From the NCBI GenBank assembly GCA_002722595.1, contig PBMO01000046.1, positions 1 to 50,739 of the forward strand: 50,739 nt of DNA, in the 5' to 3' direction. A program made the position numbers and the translations under genes. Below, piece after piece: positions 1 to 9,609 of the stretch (position 1 is the first letter of the stretch; each line of letters begins with the position of its first letter). Under the pieces are notes generated by a model. The model was not told where the DNA came from. It ran no database searches and saw only the letters and a program-made list of their open reading frames with translations. Origin of the DNA: Methanobacteriota archaeon. GTDB lineage: Archaea > Thermoplasmatota > Poseidoniia > Poseidoniales > Thalassarchaeaceae.

Positions 1-1328
1 CTGATGCAACTATACAGGTTGCTCTTGATGGTGCTTCTATCTCAACTCTGACGACCGATGAGAATGGTAACTTCAGCCTAGTGATTCCAGTAGACATGTC
101 TAGCACACGTGGGGACCATATTGTTACAGTACTTTACAATGGAGATACATCTTGGCTTGGCAGCCAACGAAATGCGACAGTGACTACTTGGGCAGATGTT
201 GACATTCAGATTACCTTCGTATCAGATAATGCAATCCGCAGTGACCCCACTCACCCGGTTCGTATAGAGGGTCGAATAGATGAGGTAGGAGGCAGTGGTA
301 ATTTGCTCACGGAACTAAGTTTGGTGCTGATGAGTGGGAATAATTCCCTCCCTACCTCGAATTTGGTTTGGGACAATTCAACAGGTGGATTTGTAATAGA
401 ATTCACGGCAGATAGGTATCTCAATCCCGGCGATTTAACTCTGGAATTGAGTAGTGAACGTGATGATGTTCGCTACCTCAACCCTAGCAATACTTCGGAT
501 GAGATGTTCCTTCGTGTACGGGCTACATTCGATGTTGAATTCAGTGAAATTGAATGGGGTGGCCATGAACTAAATGGAAGCGTCACTGTGCGTGACTATT
601 TCACAAGTCAGATAATTCCGGACATCGCAATCGAAGCTCATATGCGAAATGATTCGCAGGTTGATCCTTTCGAATTATTCCTATCTGGATACACAAATGC
701 TGCAGGAGTGTGGCAATTCGAGTTTGAAATCCCAGAGAGCCTTCCACCATTGTCTGATCAAGATCACTGGGGTACAATGAGTCTTAGATTCAACAGTACT
801 TCCGCTGAATTGTCTGACGATAGTCGAAGTGATTTATCGCGGAAGATTTACGCGATTGAGTACGAACCTCAAGCACAAACTGCGGATTCGGTATCATATT
901 GGATGTATGGTCTGGTTGCCGCGTTCCTAGTTGTAGCAGGAGCCGGAGCATGGATTTTGTATTCGCGAAGGCGCGATACAATCGATGAGTTGGCAGAGAT
1001 TTTCTCATACACTGCCGAACTTCTTGCTGCCGGAGATGCCATACGTGAAGCAATTTTCAACTGCTACGAGGAACTCTGTGGAGTCCTAATGGCACACGGA
1101 CACCTGCGACGAGATTTCGAAACAGTGCGTGAATTCGAGATGGCAATTCGGAAGGCTATGCCGGCACTCAGCGATGAAGCTCTGACTGCATTAGACAACA
1201 TGTTTGAGGTAGCCAGATACAGTCGTCAAGAACTTGGAGATTCGCATAGGTCTCAAGCGACAGCTGCATTGCAGCGAACAGTGGCAGAGATACAGAATGC
1301 TTCTCAAGTGCCACTAGAGGCTGCATAG
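1..1328 (+). CDS. Large membrane-anchored surface protein with C-terminal DUF4129-like domain (5' truncated by window)
   Basis: Frame is open from position 3. Acidic beta-rich ectodomain, TM helix (YWMYGLVAAFLVVAGAGAWILY), then a CYEEL...ETVREF...FEVARYS pattern typical of DUF4129. Confidence 0.7.
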   Translation, partial: DATIQVALDGASISTLTTDENGNFSLVIPVDMSSTRGDHIVTVLYNGDTSWLGSQRNATVTTWADVDIQITFVSDNAIRSDPTHPVRIEGRIDEVGGSGNLLTELSLVLMSGNNSLPTSNLVWDNSTGGFVIEFTADRYLNPGDLTLELSSERDDVRYLNPSNTSDEMFLRVRATFDVEFSEIEWGGHELNGSVTVRDYFTSQIIPDIAIEAHMRNDSQVDPFELFLSGYTNAAGVWQFEFEIPESLPPLSDQDHWGTMSLRFNSTSAELSDDSRSDLSRKIYAIEYEPQAQTADSVSYWMYGLVAAFLVVAGAGAWILYSRRRDTIDELAEIFSYTAELLAAGDAIREAIFNCYEELCGVLMAHGHLRRDFETVREFEMAIRKAMPALSDEALTALDNMFEVARYSRQELGDSHRSQATAALQRTVAEIQNASQVPLEAA

Positions 1329-1335
1329 AATTGAT

Positions 1336-1812
1336 TCAGTTTGACTCAAGGTCGAGGATGAGGTCATCCCCTCGCCATCCTGCTTGTCCTAATTGTGTTC
1401 CAGCAGGTAGGCTGAAGGTCCTTACTAGGTCAGTTCCATTATCGCCCTTTACTGACAATCTTATTGCAGTAGTTTGGCCATGTGATGCAATTTCTAACTG
1501 TACCTGCTCTTGAATTGCACCGGATAATGGGAGTACCAAGGATTCTCCTTCGCGATACCCACCTAGATTGCCAATAGCGACATCGGCAGGTTGGAAGGAT
1601 TGAATTGCCTCAAAATGTTCATCCACACTGTGCCCTACTGTCTGCAATATCTCTGAGTGTGCTGAACGAACTTCGGCTAGATGTGGTAAATCAGAAACAA
1701 ATGCATCATGTAAATCCGAAGGAGATGCAGATAGTCCGGCTAGTATAGGTTCAGGCGAGGGGTGTTCGTTTTCAACCCCAAAAACCTCGAGTTCTACTGC
1801 TCTCCACTCCAT
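1336..1812 (-). CDS. Hypothetical protein, possible C-terminal HSP20-like beta-sandwich
   Basis: 158-aa ORF fills the gap. C-terminus RTFSLPAG...AGWRGDDLILDL resembles the end of an alpha-crystallin/HSP20 domain. Confidence 0.55.
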   Translation of the reverse strand: MEWRAVELEVFGVENEHPSPEPILAGLSASPSDLHDAFVSDLPHLAEVRSAHSEILQTVGHSVDEHFEAIQSFQPADVAIGNLGGYREGESLVLPLSGAIQEQVQLEIASHGQTTAIRLSVKGDNGTDLVRTFSLPAGTQLGQAGWRGDDLILDLESN

Positions 1813-1863
1813 AGGCTCCCCATCATGGGGCGACCCCGGGTGTCCTTGAACCCATCCATTCCA

Positions 1864-3873
1864 CTAGTTACCTTTGGCGGGTTCAGGAAAGCGGCTGAAA
1901 AATCGCTTGACCATACGAGCAGTCTGTTTGGCAGAGTCAGCTGTAAATGTGTCCATCGTACTTGGTAAGCAAGAACGATATTGCCCAGATAGTAAACGAT
2001 TGTCTAACAGAAGGATGTATGCACGATCTTCCGCTTTTCGAATCGCTCTTCCCATGCCCTGTAAAACACTATTCACAGCAGGTTGTATTACCCCATATTT
2101 CCATCCTTTCCCTTGTCCATGTTTGTTGTCGATGTATTCTCGCAAGGATGTCTGTGGTACAGTTTGTGGAGCAATGGGTATTCCAACACAAATAACTGCA
2201 TCAAGAATGTTATTCGAATAGTCGACACCTTCTGATAATCTTCCGCCAAAGACACCTGCAACTAGTACTCTGTGTCCACTTTGTCGTTTTTCTTTGAGCA
2301 TCTGCAATTTCCTAACTACATCTCGTTTTGTCCAAGTTCGCTCTTCTTCTAATCGGAAATGCACTTCTGGCCAATCTGCATCTATCACTACTTCTTCTAG
2401 CATTTGATATGATTGACAAAACACTGCCACATTACCAGGTGTATTCTTCAGAAGAGCTCGGATGTGTTCGCGTATTTTTCGCGTGTTGTTCTCCCCGCGT
2501 GCAGTATATTTCGACGTTACATCTGACGCTATCATTACAGGCCTACGGTCTGCTAGAAAAGGAGAAGGATATGATGCACAGACAGTGGCCCTTTCTTCTG
2601 GTATCCCCAATGTTTCTTTGTACATCTCAGGAGGTGTTAGTGTCCCTGACATCAAAATACCTGAATGAACGGTTTCAAAAACTCGTTCACTCACAATTGA
2701 TGGATCTAATAGATGGGTAGTCACCCTGTGTTCGTCCTCATTTGAGTAAAATACTACACACATGGCTGGTGACATAGAATATCTTTGCAGTATGCCAATT
2801 ACTTGTGCCAATCTGTCACAGGCGAGTTCTTCATCCTCTTCAGTGTCTACTTCAACTAATTCGAGTTGGCTAATTAGGACATGCAGATTTAGTTCATCGC
2901 CTTCATCAACACTTTGTATTTCTTCACGAAGCATGTCAAGAATTTTAGCAGCATCAACTTTCACTTCTATTTTGGCACCCAAATCTCGACTATTTGAATT
3001 TAAATCTCGCATTTCCCTAGTCCATTTTGAGAACCGATTCTTGAATTTCCTCAATGCCTTTTCACAAGCTCTTGCTCGCGTGATTCCAGTTGCTAGTATC
3101 GGAGTTTGAGTTCTTTTTTTCTCATTCTCTTCGCAATATTCCTCTAATTCTGCAATCGAATCTCGTATTATCTTATGATTTAGGTTTCGGCTCAGACTTC
3201 GTCTAATCCGGTCTGGTAGGTTGTGTGCTTCATCGACAATCACAATTGTTCTTTCCATTTCAATACCCATGGATCCTAGAGAAGCTTTACGGACATTTTC
3301 TAAGAACAAATGGTTGTAATCACACACTAATATGTCAGCATCGGTTGCTGCCATACGCGCCGTTGCCCAAGCACAAATTCGGCGTTTTCGCGCATAATCA
3401 ATCATGTCATCCACATGCATAGGACGCTCTAGAATCACATCCCTCAATTGTGCTCGGAGGTTTGCCTTTTCATTCTCAGAATTTCCCTGTTCACATGAGC
3501 ACTTACCCGTGGTTCGATCAACATGTTCACACATTGCTTCCCTACCAATCATATCGACTAGACGGATTGGGATTTCACCATCTGACAAATTTGCATTAAT
3601 CTTTTGCACTGTGTCGACAACAATGCTGTGTTGCGATTGTCTACCGGTTAGGAATAGTACATGCTCTCCTTGGTGTGCCCGGCTAATTGATAGTGAAGCG
3701 GCTAGCGATGCTGCAGTCTTACCAATTCCAGTTGGCGCATTTGCGAGAAGGAAACCACCATTTCCCATGGTATTGAAGCCGTCATTTATCATGCCAATTT
3801 GCCCTTCACGAAGTTCGGCATGTGCGAGATATCGCACGCCTTGGACTAACTTCTGTGGGGGCATGGATTTCAC
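1864..3873 (-). CDS. XPD/Rad3/DinG-family Fe-S ATP-dependent DNA helicase
   Basis: Walker A APTGIGKT, Cys cluster (CEH..KCSC..IC), DYNH, DEAH box, SGTL, SEGVD, QGMGRAIR motif VI. Confidence 0.92.
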   Translation of the reverse strand: MKSMPPQKLVQGVRYLAHAELREGQIGMINDGFNTMGNGGFLLANAPTGIGKTAASLAASLSISRAHQGEHVLFLTGRQSQHSIVVDTVQKINANLSDGEIPIRLVDMIGREAMCEHVDRTTGKCSCEQGNSENEKANLRAQLRDVILERPMHVDDMIDYARKRRICAWATARMAATDADILVCDYNHLFLENVRKASLGSMGIEMERTIVIVDEAHNLPDRIRRSLSRNLNHKIIRDSIAELEEYCEENEKKRTQTPILATGITRARACEKALRKFKNRFSKWTREMRDLNSNSRDLGAKIEVKVDAAKILDMLREEIQSVDEGDELNLHVLISQLELVEVDTEEDEELACDRLAQVIGILQRYSMSPAMCVVFYSNEDEHRVTTHLLDPSIVSERVFETVHSGILMSGTLTPPEMYKETLGIPEERATVCASYPSPFLADRRPVMIASDVTSKYTARGENNTRKIREHIRALLKNTPGNVAVFCQSYQMLEEVVIDADWPEVHFRLEEERTWTKRDVVRKLQMLKEKRQSGHRVLVAGVFGGRLSEGVDYSNNILDAVICVGIPIAPQTVPQTSLREYIDNKHGQGKGWKYGVIQPAVNSVLQGMGRAIRKAEDRAYILLLDNRLLSGQYRSCLPSTMDTFTADSAKQTARMVKRFFSRFPEPAKGN

Positions 3874-3940
3874 TCTGTGAATCGGCCCCCTTTGAAGATT
3901 ACACTTCAGGATTGAGAAACTAGCGTCATACTAGCACATA

Positions 3941-4061
3941 GGGGGGCTCCGCCCGAAGGCGGAGGGGTGGCGGTTTTTGTTCGCCTAGGAAGGGGGGCCT
4001 CCGCCGTTGGCGGAGGCGGGGGTGTCGGTGAAGGGGGGTGCCCCCGAAAGGGGGCGGGGGG
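3941..4061. repeat. Three tandem G6-hairpin-G-run units
   Basis: CTCCGCC-CGAA-GGCGGAG (3947-3964), GCCTCCGCC-GTT-GGCGGAGGC (3997-4017), GCCCCC-GAAA-GGGGGC (4040-4055). Each is preceded by GGGGGG and followed by a G-run and T. Confidence 0.85.
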
Positions 4062-4305
4062 TATTTGTTGAACGGAATATACTCTTCAGGGTCTCTCGGG
4101 CACGATATCGTAGATTGGAGAAACCAAGTGTAAACACAGCTACACCAGCTTCATCCATCAACCCAACTCCGCGAATGTGTGTGCTCTTTGACCTCGCTCT
4201 CAATGTAGCGAAGTTAGGAGAAGTTGCAGGGGGGTTTTCACGCCCCCCTGCGTTGTGCATCCCATCATTGTACGTTGCCACGTCTCTCGCCCCTGGTTGG
4301 TGCAT
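3985..4305 (-). CDS. Possible small hypothetical ORF overlapping the hairpin array
   Basis: ATG lies 6 nt after the RHH stop, but the product is low-complexity (Pro/Gly/Ala-rich) and may be a by-product of the GC-rich structure. Confidence 0.25.
   Translation of the reverse strand: MHQPGARDVATYNDGMHNAGGRENPPATSPNFATLRARSKSTHIRGVGLMDEAGVAVFTLGFSNLRYRARETLKSIFRSTNTPRPLSGAPPFTDTPASANGGGPPS
4226..4251. other. GC-rich inverted repeat (9-bp stem)
   Basis: GCAGGGGGG-TTTTCACG-CCCCCCTGC. Confidence 0.7.
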
Positions 4306-4311
4306 CTGCCC

Positions 4312-4680
4312 TTAGGCAGTGTGATCCTCATGTGGTTGCGTGTTATCACGCGCAGTCTCCAAGCGCTCTCTGAGAGCCTTGGTAATTTCATCGGGTTCAG
4401 ACACCTTTGTGATATATTCATCAAGTGCTTTCTTAGCAACAACTGATGCACTATCTCCGTGTAGACGATAGATCAACTCCAGCTGCTCAAGGGTTACTCT
4501 CCCAATTTCGAATTTGATAGTTTGAACATCCGCATTTGTCGGCGTAGATTCAAGGTAATACTGGATTGCAGAACGGATGACATCTGAGCGGTTCCTCATG
4601 CCATCAAAACCCACTCTTTGGTCAAGCAACATCAGGTGATCTTCGGGGATTCGAAGACTCGTCATCTGGCTGGCTGACAT
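4312..4680 (-). CDS. Tandem ribbon-helix-helix (CopG/CdrS-like) DNA-binding protein
   Basis: TSLRIP...LLDQRV...NRSDVIRSAI is a classic RHH. A second degenerate copy follows (TIKFEI...ASVVAKKALDEY). Confidence 0.8.
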   Translation of the reverse strand: MSASQMTSLRIPEDHLMLLDQRVGFDGMRNRSDVIRSAIQYYLESTPTNADVQTIKFEIGRVTLEQLELIYRLHGDSASVVAKKALDEYITKVSEPDEITKALRERLETARDNTQPHEDHTA

Positions 4681-4731
4681 GGTATCTGACTCCTCTGCTC
4701 AACCTGTCGTCTACCGAACTACCTTATGAAC

Positions 4732-4913
4732 GTATTGCAATTGAAATACAAATTGAAATACAAAATAGCCGTATATGCTGCAGCAATATTTTTTCAAAAA
4801 GTGTAGTGCTGCAAGCCAAAAAGGACTCAATAAACGCAAAAATGAACATTTTTTTGCATATTGTTGCAATACATTGTGTATTACGTGAGATTATTGGTAG
4901 AGGATTTGTATTA
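4732..4913. promoter_or_regulatory. AT-rich divergent intergenic region with direct and inverted repeats
   Basis: AATTGAAATACA x2 (4739-4762); GTATTGCAA (4732-4740) and TTGCAATAC (4864-4872) inverted; TGTATTA at 4877 and 4907. Confidence 0.5.
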
Positions 4914-4938
4914 TACACGGGAACCTATTCCACAGTAC

Positions 4939-5391
4939 ATGGCGCTTACAGCAACACGAGGTCTTCACCTGTATCTTCGAACACTTGAGGCTGCAGTTGA
5001 AGATGATATCGTGACTGACGATGAGATGTCGATACTATCAGTCCTGGCAAGAGCTTTCGCTTTACCAGACGATATCATTGAGGATGCGTGGGGGGTTTTG
5101 CGGGGCAATCATCTGAATCCAATTGATGAAACCATGTCCTCGGCACATGAGAAACGGCAAATTGGAGATGCTACGACCTATCAAACAGCATTAATCGCCG
5201 CTCTTGAGGATGAAGTGATTACTGAGGATGAATGGTCTATGCTTGATGTTATGCGTAGAGTCATGGGGATCCAGCCTGATGAACACGCCATGGTTGAGGA
5301 ATCAGTACGAGCTATGGCAGCAAGTGTAGAGGATGGAGATGCATTCGTAACCCGATTAGATCGCTACGTTTCATTACACCCATACCGCTAA
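4939..5391 (+). CDS. Hypothetical protein with two TerB-like helical repeats
   Basis: Internal repeat Y..L.AA.ED..[VI]T.DE.S[IM]L.V occurs twice. Start moved to ATG 4939. Confidence 0.65.
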   Translation: MALTATRGLHLYLRTLEAAVEDDIVTDDEMSILSVLARAFALPDDIIEDAWGVLRGNHLNPIDETMSSAHEKRQIGDATTYQTALIAALEDEVITEDEWSMLDVMRRVMGIQPDEHAMVEESVRAMAASVEDGDAFVTRLDRYVSLHPYR

Positions 5392-5392
5392 T

Positions 5393-5411
5393 CGCATCCC
5401 TACGGGATGCG
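5393..5411. other. Intergenic hairpin (possible terminator or operator)
   Basis: CGCATCCC-TAC-GGGATGCG, immediately after a stop codon. Confidence 0.5.
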
Positions 5412-5448
5412 GAGTAACGCATATCACTGAAGATTGATTCGTCAGTTC

Positions 5449-8400
5449 ATGTCACCTAGGCACCTAGCACTGATTCTTGTGGGGATAATGCTGCTTGCAC
5501 CTGCTATTTGTTTCACGGATTCATTGGTCGAAAGTAATGAAATGAAGTCAACTTCTTCACGTTCATCCAACAATGCATTACTGTGGGGTGCACATGTAGC
5601 TGGATCAAGTAGCACAGATTCAGTCATGGGCATCGAAATGGATGCTTTGGGTAGAACTTATGTTTGCGGATACTTCTACAATACTGCAACATTTGGAAAT
5701 TTCACCTTGAGTGCATATGGGAGTTATGACATATTCGTTGGGCGGTTGAGTAATGGCGTATGGGATTGGGTTGAGAAGGCAGGAACAACATCCAGCGATC
5801 AATGCAAAGATATTGCTGTCGATGATGGGGGCAATGTCACCATCACAGGATATTACTACTCCTCTGGCTCCGCCACATTTGGCTCTCAGTCGATATCTGG
5901 CCGTGGTAGCAATGATATTTTCGTAGCGCGATTGGATAGCAGTGGTAATTGGCTTTGGGCAAAATCTGCCGGGAGTAGTAGTTCTGACTATGGCCATGGT
6001 GTTGCTATGGATGATTCCGGCAACGCATATGTGACTGGCGAATATTACAGTACATCCTACTTTGGTTCAATCACTCTTAACTCATACAGTTATCAAGAAG
6101 CATTTTTGGCTAAACTTGACAATACTGGTAACTTTGTTTGGGCCAAGCGTTTCTATGGTTCTTATTACCAAAGGGGGAGAGATGTTGATGTCAATGCAAA
6201 TGGAGACATCGCAGTAACTGGTGAATTCAGTTACCGAATTAATTTCGGTGAATCAGGCGGTCCAGAACTTACTCCCAGCTACCAATCGAGTAGCTACTAT
6301 CGTGTGTGGGTGGCAAAATTCACGAACTCTGGACAAGTTTCTTGGGCCCGTATGGCTGGTTACCTACAATCTTCATACAGTTCATACGGTGAAGGAGTAG
6401 GAATTGACGACAATGGAAGTGTTGCAGTGAGTGGTCGTTTCCAGTATCTAATGGATTTCGATAGCAACAATAACAATCGGATGTTTGCATATCAACAATC
6501 AAGCAACTGGGATTGTTTCTTAGCAAAATGGGATTCTTCAGGTACATATCAGTGGGCCCAAAATGCAGGTGGTTCGAATACAGATTATTGCTATGATTTA
6601 GCACTGGATAAATCTACAGGGAATATCACAATTGCAGGGATGTACTACGGGACAGCATGGTTTGCAAATAACCAACTAACATCATCTGGTTCTTATGACG
6701 CTTTCATTGCACACGTGCCCACATCAGGGGGATGGGACTGGATGAAGAAATTTGGCGGTTCGAGCACAGAATATGGGTATTCTGTAGCCATGCGCAATGG
6801 AATGTTCGCATTTGGTGGATATTTCCATAGTTCTTCTACCGATGGTTCTGGTCAATTTACACTAAACTCTGTATCAGGTGCTGACGGATTCATAATCATG
6901 TTTGGGGCGGATCAAGATGGCGATGGTATTGGCGATCAAGTCGATGACTTCCCATGGGAGCCATCCCAATCTAGGGATACAGATGGCGATGGTTTCGGAG
7001 ATAATGTCGACGGATGGCAAGGGGACCACTGTCCAACTGTATTTGGCACTTCAACTATGGATATCTACGGATGTCCAGATGATGATGGTGATGGCTGGTC
7101 AAATTATGGTGACGATTTGCCCAACGAACCAACACAATGGGTTGATGAGGATGGAGATGGGTTTGGAGAGAATCCTGATGGGGTGACTCCAGATTCCTGT
7201 CCAAATGAATGGGGTAATTCATGGCGTGATAGGCTAGGTTGTAGGGATTTAGATTCTGATGGGCAATCAGACTTGAATGACTATTTCATGATTAATCCAA
7301 CACAATGGTCCGATTCAGATAACGACGGTTTAGGAGATAATTGGGGAGATATAACTTGGAATGAGTCAAGATCAAGCCATTGGCCAGGGATTTGGGTTGA
7401 AAATGCAACAATATCTGACCCATCCCCATTGGATTTTGATGGCGATGGTTTTGAGGATTACAGTGCCGGTGGGCCATGGGGGCCATATGATGACTGTGTG
7501 TATGTATATGGCACTTCTATACGCGATTCTGTAGGCTGTCCTGATGCCGATGGCGACGGATGGTCTGATGAGGGTGATGCAATTGATAATGACCCTACTC
7601 AGTGGGAGGATTTTGATGGTGATGGGTTTGGTGATAATCCAGCAGGAAATCAATGGGATTCCTGTATGGATCGTCCAGGTACCTCGACATTGGATAGATT
7701 TGGGTGTCCAGACAATGATGGCGATGGTTGGTCAAATGACAATGACGATTGCCCTGCACTTTGGAGTTCTATTGATGGCGGATGTCCAGACTCGGATGGG
7801 GATGGTTGGGTCGATGAAGGAGATGGAGACAACATCGATGACTGTCCTGAGCAGTGGGGCACATCTACGGTAGATCTCAAGGGTTGTCTTGATGCCGACA
7901 ATGATGGCACATCTGATGAGAATGATCCGTTTCCACTAGATCCGACCCAATGGTCGGATGAAGATGGTGATGGTTTTGGTGATGAACCTGGTGGAAATCA
8001 AGCAGATGACTGCTTGAATTGGGCAGGAACATCCAACCAAGGAGACGTATTTGGATGCGCAGATGGAGATGGAGATGGATGGGCTGATCACATTGATTTG
8101 TGGAATGCCGATGGACAATTGTGGTCAGATATGGATAATGATGGATATGCTGATCAAAGAAGTGATCAAGAAGGTATCTCGGATGATTGTATCGATGTTT
8201 ATGGTACGAGTAATCGCTTGTATTATGGGTGCGCAGATATGGATGGTGATGGATGGCCTGACATGAAGGATTCTGACACGGATGGAGATGGGTATTCGGA
8301 TGTTACTGAACTTTCAGCCGACCCTGCCTCTGATCCGTTGGATCCAATGTCTGTACCTTTGGATGTTGACGGGGACTTTGTTGCCGACCATGAAGAGATA

Positions 8401-8892
8401 ATTGAAAAATCAACTGTTCAAGACCCTGTCATTCAAGGTGTTATTGCGGTTTTGGCCAGCGGTTTCTTGATTACAGTGATTATGGCATGGACATTATTCA
8501 CCTCAGGCAAGAATAAGAAGAGGGGTTACGATGAAATGTCTCTTCTGATTGAAAGTGCAGAAGGCTTTGCAGGTTTGTCAGAAGTTGAAAGAGAGCTCGA
8601 TGAGATGCTAGAGTCTAACAGATTAGGGGCAGGTCAAGGACTGCTTCTCAAGGATAAAATTGAATCGCGTAAATTCGCATTAGAAGATGATTTGTCCGGT
8701 GCAGCAAACCACCCAGGTATGACTCCAAGTTCAGAAACAGATACTGACTTGGCGATGATTGAGCAACATGGAAAAGTTGGATCTTGGGGTGATCAGACAA
8801 AATGGACTCCTGAGCAACAAGCATGGTATGCAGAGGCAAAGCAGTGGGGTGGTTACTACGATGCTGATGGCAACTGGGTCCCTCTAGGTTGA
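5449..8892 (+). CDS. Cell-surface protein: SBBP-type beta-propeller, thrombospondin type-3 Ca-binding repeats, TM anchor and cytoplasmic tail
   Basis: Signal peptide; repeats D..GN.YVTG.Y...DIFVA[RK]L...W.WA; many D.DGDG.GD / D.CP repeats (about 6900-8400); TM IQGVIAVLASGFLITVIMAWTLF. Confidence 0.85.
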   Translation: MSPRHLALILVGIMLLAPAICFTDSLVESNEMKSTSSRSSNNALLWGAHVAGSSSTDSVMGIEMDALGRTYVCGYFYNTATFGNFTLSAYGSYDIFVGRLSNGVWDWVEKAGTTSSDQCKDIAVDDGGNVTITGYYYSSGSATFGSQSISGRGSNDIFVARLDSSGNWLWAKSAGSSSSDYGHGVAMDDSGNAYVTGEYYSTSYFGSITLNSYSYQEAFLAKLDNTGNFVWAKRFYGSYYQRGRDVDVNANGDIAVTGEFSYRINFGESGGPELTPSYQSSSYYRVWVAKFTNSGQVSWARMAGYLQSSYSSYGEGVGIDDNGSVAVSGRFQYLMDFDSNNNNRMFAYQQSSNWDCFLAKWDSSGTYQWAQNAGGSNTDYCYDLALDKSTGNITIAGMYYGTAWFANNQLTSSGSYDAFIAHVPTSGGWDWMKKFGGSSTEYGYSVAMRNGMFAFGGYFHSSSTDGSGQFTLNSVSGADGFIIMFGADQDGDGIGDQVDDFPWEPSQSRDTDGDGFGDNVDGWQGDHCPTVFGTSTMDIYGCPDDDGDGWSNYGDDLPNEPTQWVDEDGDGFGENPDGVTPDSCPNEWGNSWRDRLGCRDLDSDGQSDLNDYFMINPTQWSDSDNDGLGDNWGDITWNESRSSHWPGIWVENATISDPSPLDFDGDGFEDYSAGGPWGPYDDCVYVYGTSIRDSVGCPDADGDGWSDEGDAIDNDPTQWEDFDGDGFGDNPAGNQWDSCMDRPGTSTLDRFGCPDNDGDGWSNDNDDCPALWSSIDGGCPDSDGDGWVDEGDGDNIDDCPEQWGTSTVDLKGCLDADNDGTSDENDPFPLDPTQWSDEDGDGFGDEPGGNQADDCLNWAGTSNQGDVFGCADGDGDGWADHIDLWNADGQLWSDMDNDGYADQRSDQEGISDDCIDVYGTSNRLYYGCADMDGDGWPDMKDSDTDGDGYSDVTELSADPASDPLDPMSVPLDVDGDFVADHEEIIEKSTVQDPVIQGVIAVLASGFLITVIMAWTLFTSGKNKKRGYDEMSLLIESAEGFAGLSEVERELDEMLESNRLGAGQGLLLKDKIESRKFALEDDLSGAANHPGMTPSSETDTDLAMIEQHGKVGSWGDQTKWTPEQQAWYAEAKQWGGYYDADGNWVPLG

Positions 8893-8964
8893 TTGGCCAT
8901 TTCGGCAGTTATACGAAGGTACAGTTTCTGCCTACTTGGACAAGGATGAAGTGTAGAATCAATT

Positions 8965-9546
8965 TCAAACTTCGTAATTGATGAGATTGACATCAGTTAG
9001 TTGGAATGCGATGAACATTAGGAATATGAATACACCAATTCCCTTGTGATATTTACCCGATTCGGTGAAGGCAGCACCAAGGGCAACAAATCCAACGATC
9101 GTCGGCATGATTGTCATTGGCCCAATCATTGGTTCTCCGAAGAGTGAATAATTGACTGCAACTGAACTAAAGAGGGAAAATGCAACAATGGAGAAAAATG
9201 CCTTGTGAACCGAAAAGTAATGTTTCTCCAAGTCGATGGTGCCCTCATCTGTTGCTTTAGGTAACACTAGAGTTGTGAAGAAATATATGGATGAAAGATT
9301 GATTACAAGAAACCAGTATTGGGCATAATTCCACGATTCCATATTGATGGAAAGGCTCCACAGGCCCCACCAAGCATAAATCGCCCACATAGTCACAGTG
9401 ACTACCCATAGGGAATTGAGCCAATATGTCTTGACTCGGTCACGAATTTCGTACAGATCAGACACTGCACGGAAAATGTGTGTTAGGGCTAACCCAAGTA
9501 TAAGAGAGCAAAAAATAGTGACAAACTCGAATGGGGACATCTGCAT
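8965..9546 (-). CDS. Polytopic membrane protein of unknown function
   Basis: About six hydrophobic helices. Start taken at ATG of MQMSPFEFV. Confidence 0.7.
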   Translation of the reverse strand: MQMSPFEFVTIFCSLILGLALTHIFRAVSDLYEIRDRVKTYWLNSLWVVTVTMWAIYAWWGLWSLSINMESWNYAQYWFLVINLSSIYFFTTLVLPKATDEGTIDLEKHYFSVHKAFFSIVAFSLFSSVAVNYSLFGEPMIGPMTIMPTIVGFVALGAAFTESGKYHKGIGVFIFLMFIAFQLTDVNLINYEV

Positions 9547-9609
9547 TGTAATCAAACTATTAATGCTATAGGCATCATATAATCATTATATGATTTTCAC
9601 AGCAATCAT

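Noticed and set aside
3941..4310. RNase P RNA or SRP RNA
   Set aside because: Could not find the RNase P P4 motifs (GAGGAA..TCC / AACAGAA..GCTTA) or the SRP helix-8 motif on either strand.
6900..8400. CRISPR-like or DNA tandem repeat (recurring GATGGCGATGG)
   Set aside because: These are degenerate codons of DGDG thrombospondin repeats within a CDS, with no fixed repeat-spacer period.
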